DNA of 47,339 nucleotides from Reclinomonas americana ATCC 50394 (Eukaryota): NCBI GenBank assembly GCA_048213135.1, contig PS015376.1, positions 5,007 to 52,345 of the forward strand, read 5' to 3'. Shown piece by piece: positions 41,136 to 47,339 of this stretch (position 1 is its first letter; each line of letters starts with the position of its first letter). The notes under the pieces were generated by a model. It saw only the letters and a program-made list of their open reading frames with translations, ran no database searches and was not told where the DNA came from. The position numbers and the translations under genes were made by a program.

Positions 41136-42453
41136 ATGTCTCGCACGGGAAAGCTGCTGTGTGCGCTGTTTGCGGCGTGCTTGTTGGCCGCTGCGCTGCA
41201 GGAGATGGTTGTGGTGGAGGTAAACTTGGTGTTTGCATGCCTGTGTCCGCTCTCTCTCCCTCTCCCTCCCTCTCCTCCTCTCTCTCTTGCACACGCACGC
41301 ACACACACACACACACATCGCCTTTTGCTTCCTTCCCCTGCTCTTCTCCCCTCTTTCGGTTTCCACTCTCTCTTCCCCTCGCCTTTCCTCGCGCCTCCGC
41401 CTGATCTGACTCTGCCTCGCCTGCAGGGCCGCCTCATCTTCGGCATCGACTCTGTCGGCAACACGCTCGACTCAATGGACAGCAACGGCGGGCAAATCAC
41501 ACACTACATGAACGTGTTCGGCAACGGCGCCTCCTGCTTCTGCTCCGACATGGCGGCCGCCGATCCGAATCAGCTACCGGTTTCGCATCTGCTGTTTTCG
41601 TGCCACTGCGGCGACGAGAGCGAGGTCATTTCGGTGATCACGGTCGATGCCAGCACGAAGAGGGCGGTGCAGTTTACCAACTTTACCTTCCCCACCAACT
41701 CCACCACCTATTCGCCGGCATTGAGCGGCATGGTGGTCGACTACGACACGCAGGAGGTGTACGGCCTGGTCACTTTCATGACCGTCCCGCAGCACAACAC
41801 GGGCTACAGCCGCGTGGTGAAGCTGAACATGCAAGACGGCTCGTGGACGCAGGTGGGCGGCGACTCGCAGCCGTACGTTTTTGGCGTTCGCCACGCCTCG
41901 ATTGTGCTCGTGCCCAAGGGTGGCCCGTTTGTGGTCGCTCACGGCGCCGACCAACAAGTGCTTTTCATGCAAATGACGCGCGACGGCTCCTCCACGACGT
42001 ACCCGTCGATGAATGGCATGGCGCGGGTGGTCGGCATGAAGTGGAACGCCGTGTCCTCCACCGTCACGGCTGTGGTGTACGGCGCCAATGAGAAGACATT
42101 TGGCGTTGCGCACTACGATCACCAGCAGCAAGCGTGGAGTGCGGTGGCGCACCCGCATGACGTGACCCCCGTGTCGTACGTCCCAGTCACTGGTGTGGCT
42201 GTGGCGCGCGATTCGACTGTGCTCGGTGGTTGCATCGTGTTGCGTTAACATTTTGCAAGGGGCGACGTTGTGGGATCGGGAGGAGTCTCATGCATGCGTC
42301 GTCACCACCACACACAGATTCTACTGCACCGTCTTCAACTTTGGCATGACGGGCTACTCTCGGTTGGAGAAGGCCACATGCGGTGGCATAGACATTGGGC
42401 ACGAGTTCCTCAACACCGAGGTCTGCTTCGGCAGGATTCTGGTGGCGCAGTGA
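41136..42453 (+). CDS. Secreted hypothetical protein (signal peptide, beta-rich, possibly a propeller); exon 1 41136-41219, exon 2 from 41427; 3' splice structure unresolved
   Basis: Hydrophobic N-terminus MSRTGKLLCALFAACLLAAAL; 207-nt GT-AG intron; coding-like codon bias; NxS/T sequons. Confidence 0.7.
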
Positions 42454-42738
42454 GGTGAGACGAGGAAAGTGGAGGGAAGTATTGTTGTGTTTCTAAAACA
42501 CGGAGCTCCTGTAGGTGGGATGACGGAACAAGAGGCGTGAGTTCCTCAACACGGAGTTCAGTGATCATGAGGCTTGAATTATTATAAAGAGGCGGATGGA
42601 GGTAGCTCTCCGATTGCGAAGTCGAGGATGCAAAGAAAACTGTGGTGATGGCCATCCGCAGCCGCAAACACCACGGAAAAGTGAGGCTGTCAACTCGCCA
42701 TCGTCCTCTTGCATTTGTCCACCCCACCGATCACCGAC

Positions 42739-44524
42739 ATGCACTCTTCCAGCGCACAGCTCGCGCTTTCCTTTGCCGTCGTCCTCCTGTCGGCACTTGT
42801 GCTCACCACGGACGCTGTGCCGCTGCGTGGCGCTCCCGACGAGGAAGCATCGTGGCCCAATCGCGTGCTCAACTTGCCGGGTTTGCCCGCGAACTCCACT
42901 GCCGCCGAGTCCTACGCCGGCTACGTGCCCGTTCGCGACGATGACAATGGACAGTCGCAAATGTTCTACTGGCTCTTCCCCGCGCAAAGTGCGTGATTGT
43001 TGATCATGATGATGATGATAATGTTCCGATGGCGAGGAGCTCATTCGTTCTGTTTGTGTCTGACAAGAGCCGATGAGGTCGGTGGAGCAGACTCCGCTCG
43101 TGGTGTGGTTGCAGGGTGGACCAGGGAGCTCTAGCTTGCTGGGATTGTTGGTCGAGAACGGGCCACTGCGACTGGATCCGATCTCGTTGCAGCTCAGTGA
43201 CAACAACGGCACGTGGGGCGTCAAGTTGCGCTATTGTGGTGGAGTTGAGGATGAGTGGACGCTCGGCTTTGTACCCACCACGCGTGCTTCTTCTTCCTCC
43301 ACAGGTACCATTACATGGCCGTTGACAATCCAGGTTGCGTTGCGCTTGCTCGTCATTGCTTGCATTCCACACAGCTCGGTGCATGACTGTCTTTTTCTTT
43401 CCTTGTGCACAGTCGGCACCGGCTTCAGCTACACCAACGTGAGTGACAGTAACGAACGCAGGCAGATGGACACAGAAAAACACACATACCCCACGCTTCT
43501 GCATGATTGTAAGAAGGCAGTTTGTGTGGAGCACACACAAACAAACACACGCACATACACGCATCCGCGCTTCTCTCTCACACACACACAGAGGGCGAGA
43601 GCTGATCACACGCTCGCATAGATGTCTCTTTCCGCACGTATCATGTTGAGGCATTGTGTGCTTCGGGCTGTAGTTTGTTTTTTTGAGGACGCACTTGTCG
43701 TCTGTAATACCCATTCATTCTTTTTCGCAGAGCAACAACTATGCCAACAACGAGGACGATGTCGGCGCCATGTTGCTGACCTTTCTCAAGAAATTCTACG
43801 CCCTTTATCCGCAGCTGGCGCGCGCCCCGCTGTACATCACCGGCGAGTCGTACGGTGGCCACTACGTGCCGGCGGTGGCCCACGCTATCATTGCCGCCAA
43901 CAAGGCCGGTGCGAACATCCCACTCGCTGGCATCGCCATCGGCGATGGTCTCACTGACCCGGCCACACAAACCCTGGCCAAACCCGAGCTGGCCCTCAAT
44001 CTCGGTCTCATCTCCTCGAACCAGTTANNNNNNNNNNNNNNNNNNNNNNNNNNNNNNNNNNNNNNNNNNNNNNNNNNNNNNNNNNNNNNNNNNNNNNNNN
44101 NNNNNNNNNNNNNNNNNNNNNNNNNNNNNNNNNNNNNNNNNNNNNNNNNNNNNNNNNNNNNNNNNNNNNNNNNNNAATGCGAAGAGTGGAGAGAGGGAGA
44201 AAGCACACGGAAGAAGAAGCAGAAGGGGAAAGGAATGGGAGACAATGAACGCAGGAGAGGTAGAGGGGGGAAGCAGGTCCTCGATTCAGCGGTGTCGATT
44301 CATCCTTTGGTTATGGCAGGCTGTGAATTCCGGCGACTATGCCTCGGCCCTGGACTTCCGCAACCAACTGCTCTCGTTGGTGGACAAGGCGGCTGGTGAC
44401 CCGATGAACCCCTACGATGGTTCGTGTTATGGACGGAGAGGGAGGAGGAGGCAGAGAGAGAGAGGAAAAGTGAGACAGATTTGAGGATAGATAGACAGAC
44501 AGACAGATAGACAGACAGACAGAC

Positions 44525-44555
<31 letters not shown>

Positions 44556-45620
44556 TATTTGAAGAGAGACGATAGATAGACAGAGAAGAGAGAGCGATAA
44601 TTAGAGGGAGTCAGGCAGATAGACGGAGAGGTAGGAGGAAGATGCAGAGAAGAGAGTAGAGCAAGACAGGCAGACTGACAGATACATAGGCACAGAAAAA
44701 GGAGGAGTGAGAGAGAAAGAGATAGGAGAAGCTGAAGAAGATGAAGGGGATGAGAGAGAGCCTCTCCGTTTCTTCGTTCCCCTCTCCTGTACCTCATTCT
44801 CTCACCGTCCAGTCCGCATCATCAAGCCGTACAACTTTGACTTCCTGAATTCGTACCTGAGCCGCAACGATGTTCGCACGTGAGTCGATCGATAACTGCA
44901 GACGCCACATCTCATCGCTCTGATACTGACTTCCGAATGCCATCAGCGCCCTCAACGTCATTGGTTCCGGCCATGCGTGGGGCAGCACCGCTGACCAGGT
45001 GGCCAACCATCTCGCCAACGACGGTAAGATTGGCGCATGCCCTGGGACTTGTGTCTCAATTCGCTCGTGACTGCTGTTTTCCTGTGAACCAGTGATGCGC
45101 AGCGTGAAGCCTTGGATTCCAGAGATTCTTGAGCAGTTCCCGGTGCTTCTGTATCAGGGCCAGTTTGATTGTTGCGTTGGTCGGAGCCGCGCGCGTGAGT
45201 GCGTACTTATTTCTTTCGTTTTCATCATGGGTGCAGTCCAAGACGGCGCCGCAGAGAACGAGGCGTGGATTGACACGCTGCAGTGGTCAGGTACGAGCAT
45301 AACTCCTCGCGCTCTCAGCACAACGTGCTCACATTCTACTCGGGGGTTTGCAGGTGCTGCCGCCTTCAAGAATGCCTCTCGCAAGGTGTGGAAGGTCGAC
45401 GGGCAAGTGGCCGGATTCACTCGCTGCGCCGGTCACCTGAACCACGCAATCGTCCACGCGGCTGGGCATTTGGTTCCGATGGAGTTGCGTGCCGTGCACC
45501 CCCACCAGTATTATGTGTGTGTGCATGGAAGAATCTCATTATGGCATTATGACACTCAGCCAACCGCGCAATTCGCAAGCGATGATCGAGGCGTTCATTG
45601 AGGGCACATTCGGGCAGTGA
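42739..45620 (+). CDS. Secreted/lysosomal serine carboxypeptidase (peptidase family S10, CPVL-like)
   Basis: Signal peptide, SYAGY, MFYW, VWLQGGPGSSS, VDNPVGTGFSY, catalytic GESYGGHYVP, IGDG, LYQGQFD, AGHLVPMDQP; TGA at 45618-45620. Confidence 0.96.
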
Positions 45621-46107
45621 CCTTGCGTCGTGGCCGAAACTGCAATACATGTGACACACAAACGTGCAATACACGAGCAGGAATGTCACGTCGATGATCA
45701 AGTCCAATCTCCTGGCGGCCGACACTGTTCATATCATTTGCCGGCAGCAGCCACAGCAGTACTCCCGGACACGCAGCTGCACTCCATTGTCGTCTTCCCT
45801 CATGATCAAACAGAGAGAATATCAAAACGAACACTCCGCGCAGGAGCATAAGGACCTCTGGTTACACCGCCGCGCTCTCCGCCCGGCTGTCACTCGGTTG
45901 ACGTCACCAGCCTTGTCAGGTGGCACAGCACTCCTTCGGCCACATACCAGTCTCGGGAGAGTCGAGTGGCGTCTGCATCGACACGTCCATGCAATAATCG
46001 ACGAGCAAAAACGTTCACAAGTCCCACCACTCCCTCGTCCTCTTGTCGCACTACACAGCACAGGAATCACGCGGCCGCAGTTAGCGAGTTGAGAAGCGTG
46101 CAGAGCG

Positions 46108-46881
46108 ATGGCAGTGAGAGCACCATCCACCCACATCGAGAGTGTGTATCCAGCGGCTGTCAAGAAGCTGGAAGCCACGAGAGCACAGTTGGCCGAGGCA
46201 CGTCAACATGCAGAGGAACTCCGTAAGCTGCTGGACGACGCGCGCGCGGATCGAGAAGCCCAACGTGTGGCCTTAGAGAAGATGGACGAACAGATCAAAA
46301 ATCTGGAGGCGCATGTCGTCGAGCTGATTGACGGCAATCAACGACTCGAGGAGCGCGTAGCAGCGCTCGAGCAAGATGTCTCTCGAATGACGGGCGCGTC
46401 TCAGAGGTCTGCCGTGGGCAAGCTGCGGGAGCTTGCCTTTGCCTCCAGAAAGGCGTTCATCAACTTCACCAAGTCTGTGTTCCCGAGTCTCAAGTACGAG
46501 GCGGAGAAGGACGTCATACGCGCTCTCCGTGGGCGATTGTCAGGTGTCGCACTTGACCCGCGGCGTGTCCAGACATTGATGAAAGAGCTGGTGACTGCCG
46601 GTGTGCCTGAGAGCAGTACGTTTGACCGACTCACCTTTTTCGACTGGGCCTGTCGAGAAGTCCAGGAGTGTGAGTCAGCTGGTCTTCATACAGAGACGCA
46701 CGCAGAGCTTTTGGGGCTTGATGCACGAGCGCTTGGCATGCTGGTGCAGGACGCGCTTGCAGACCCATACGCCGTGTCGGTGCTCACGAGGGTTGCGCCG
46801 GAGGACGACTGGTCTGCCGTGCTGCCTGGCATTGTCGCAGTGTTCGACTCCCTGCGCACATACTTCAGGCCTGGTCAATAG
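46108..46881 (+). CDS. Intronless hypothetical protein with an N-terminal coiled coil
   Basis: 257-aa ORF with heptad-rich segment (LEATRAQLAEARQHAEELRKLL...LEERVAALEQDV) followed by a helical domain; start codon uncertain. Confidence 0.65.
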   Translation: MAVRAPSTHIESVYPAAVKKLEATRAQLAEARQHAEELRKLLDDARADREAQRVALEKMDEQIKNLEAHVVELIDGNQRLEERVAALEQDVSRMTGASQRSAVGKLRELAFASRKAFINFTKSVFPSLKYEAEKDVIRALRGRLSGVALDPRRVQTLMKELVTAGVPESSTFDRLTFFDWACREVQECESAGLHTETHAELLGLDARALGMLVQDALADPYAVSVLTRVAPEDDWSAVLPGIVAVFDSLRTYFRPGQ

Positions 46882-47339
46882 AGTTGTTTTCACCACCAGT
46901 GCAGTATTGCTTCCTTTGTGTAATGAGTGAAGAAAAGCTCGCCCATTTCGTGTTAGGGATACTAATTGGTCGTTGCCGTGGGTCCCGTTTATCCACCACT
47001 CTGTTCCGGATCCGAGAGCAAACACACACAAGAAAACCTACAGCTGCCGCAATTCCAATTGTGGCAACTGCAATTGATCAATTCAACGTCGCGACGTCCA
47101 CACCGACCACGATTCCCGCAGCCATACCATACTCCACGACGCCGACACACGGTCACACGCTGCTACACACACAGACACAACAAACCCAACAACCACGCAA
47201 ACTTCTCGCGCTGTCCCAGGCGATATAAATAGCAATTTTCGACAAAAAAGCTGACAGCGCGCGCGCCATGCTGCTGTACATATGCTGCGAGGTCAGCCTT
47301 CCTCTCACACTAACACACACATTCTCTATGCTCACTGTC

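Noticed and set aside
41220-41426. Stop-free 3n introns read through by the ORF track (also 40029-39961)
   Set aside because: Clear GT-AG ends and CT/CA low-complexity content mark them as introns; no evidence for functional retention

Overview
Gene-dense, GC-rich, intron-rich eukaryotic (probably protist) genomic scaffold with many N gaps and CA/GA microsatellites; it is not prokaryotic, so most ORF-track entries are exon fragments. Hand-spliced housekeeping genes: SF3A1, a CTD small phosphatase, GNB1L/ASA1, acetyl-CoA carboxylase, ARP2 (5' part), PSMA3, a bacterial-type gpt, VPS39, a TM-FN3-TTL-like protein and an S10 serine carboxypeptidase. Between SF3A1 and the phosphatase lies an approx. 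8 kb accessory block. It holds a multi-exon GHKL-ATPase/HExxH-zincin fusion gene head-to-head with an RxxxxH (HEPN-like) gene, plus a disrupted intronless P-loop NTPase and an orphan gene, and is a candidate eukaryotic conflict/defence module. A second window-wide signal is that about 20 frame-validated introns use a 'one-base-shifted' donor, GTT(G/A)(C/A)G(T/C). All gene models come from manual reading without RNA evidence or database searches.
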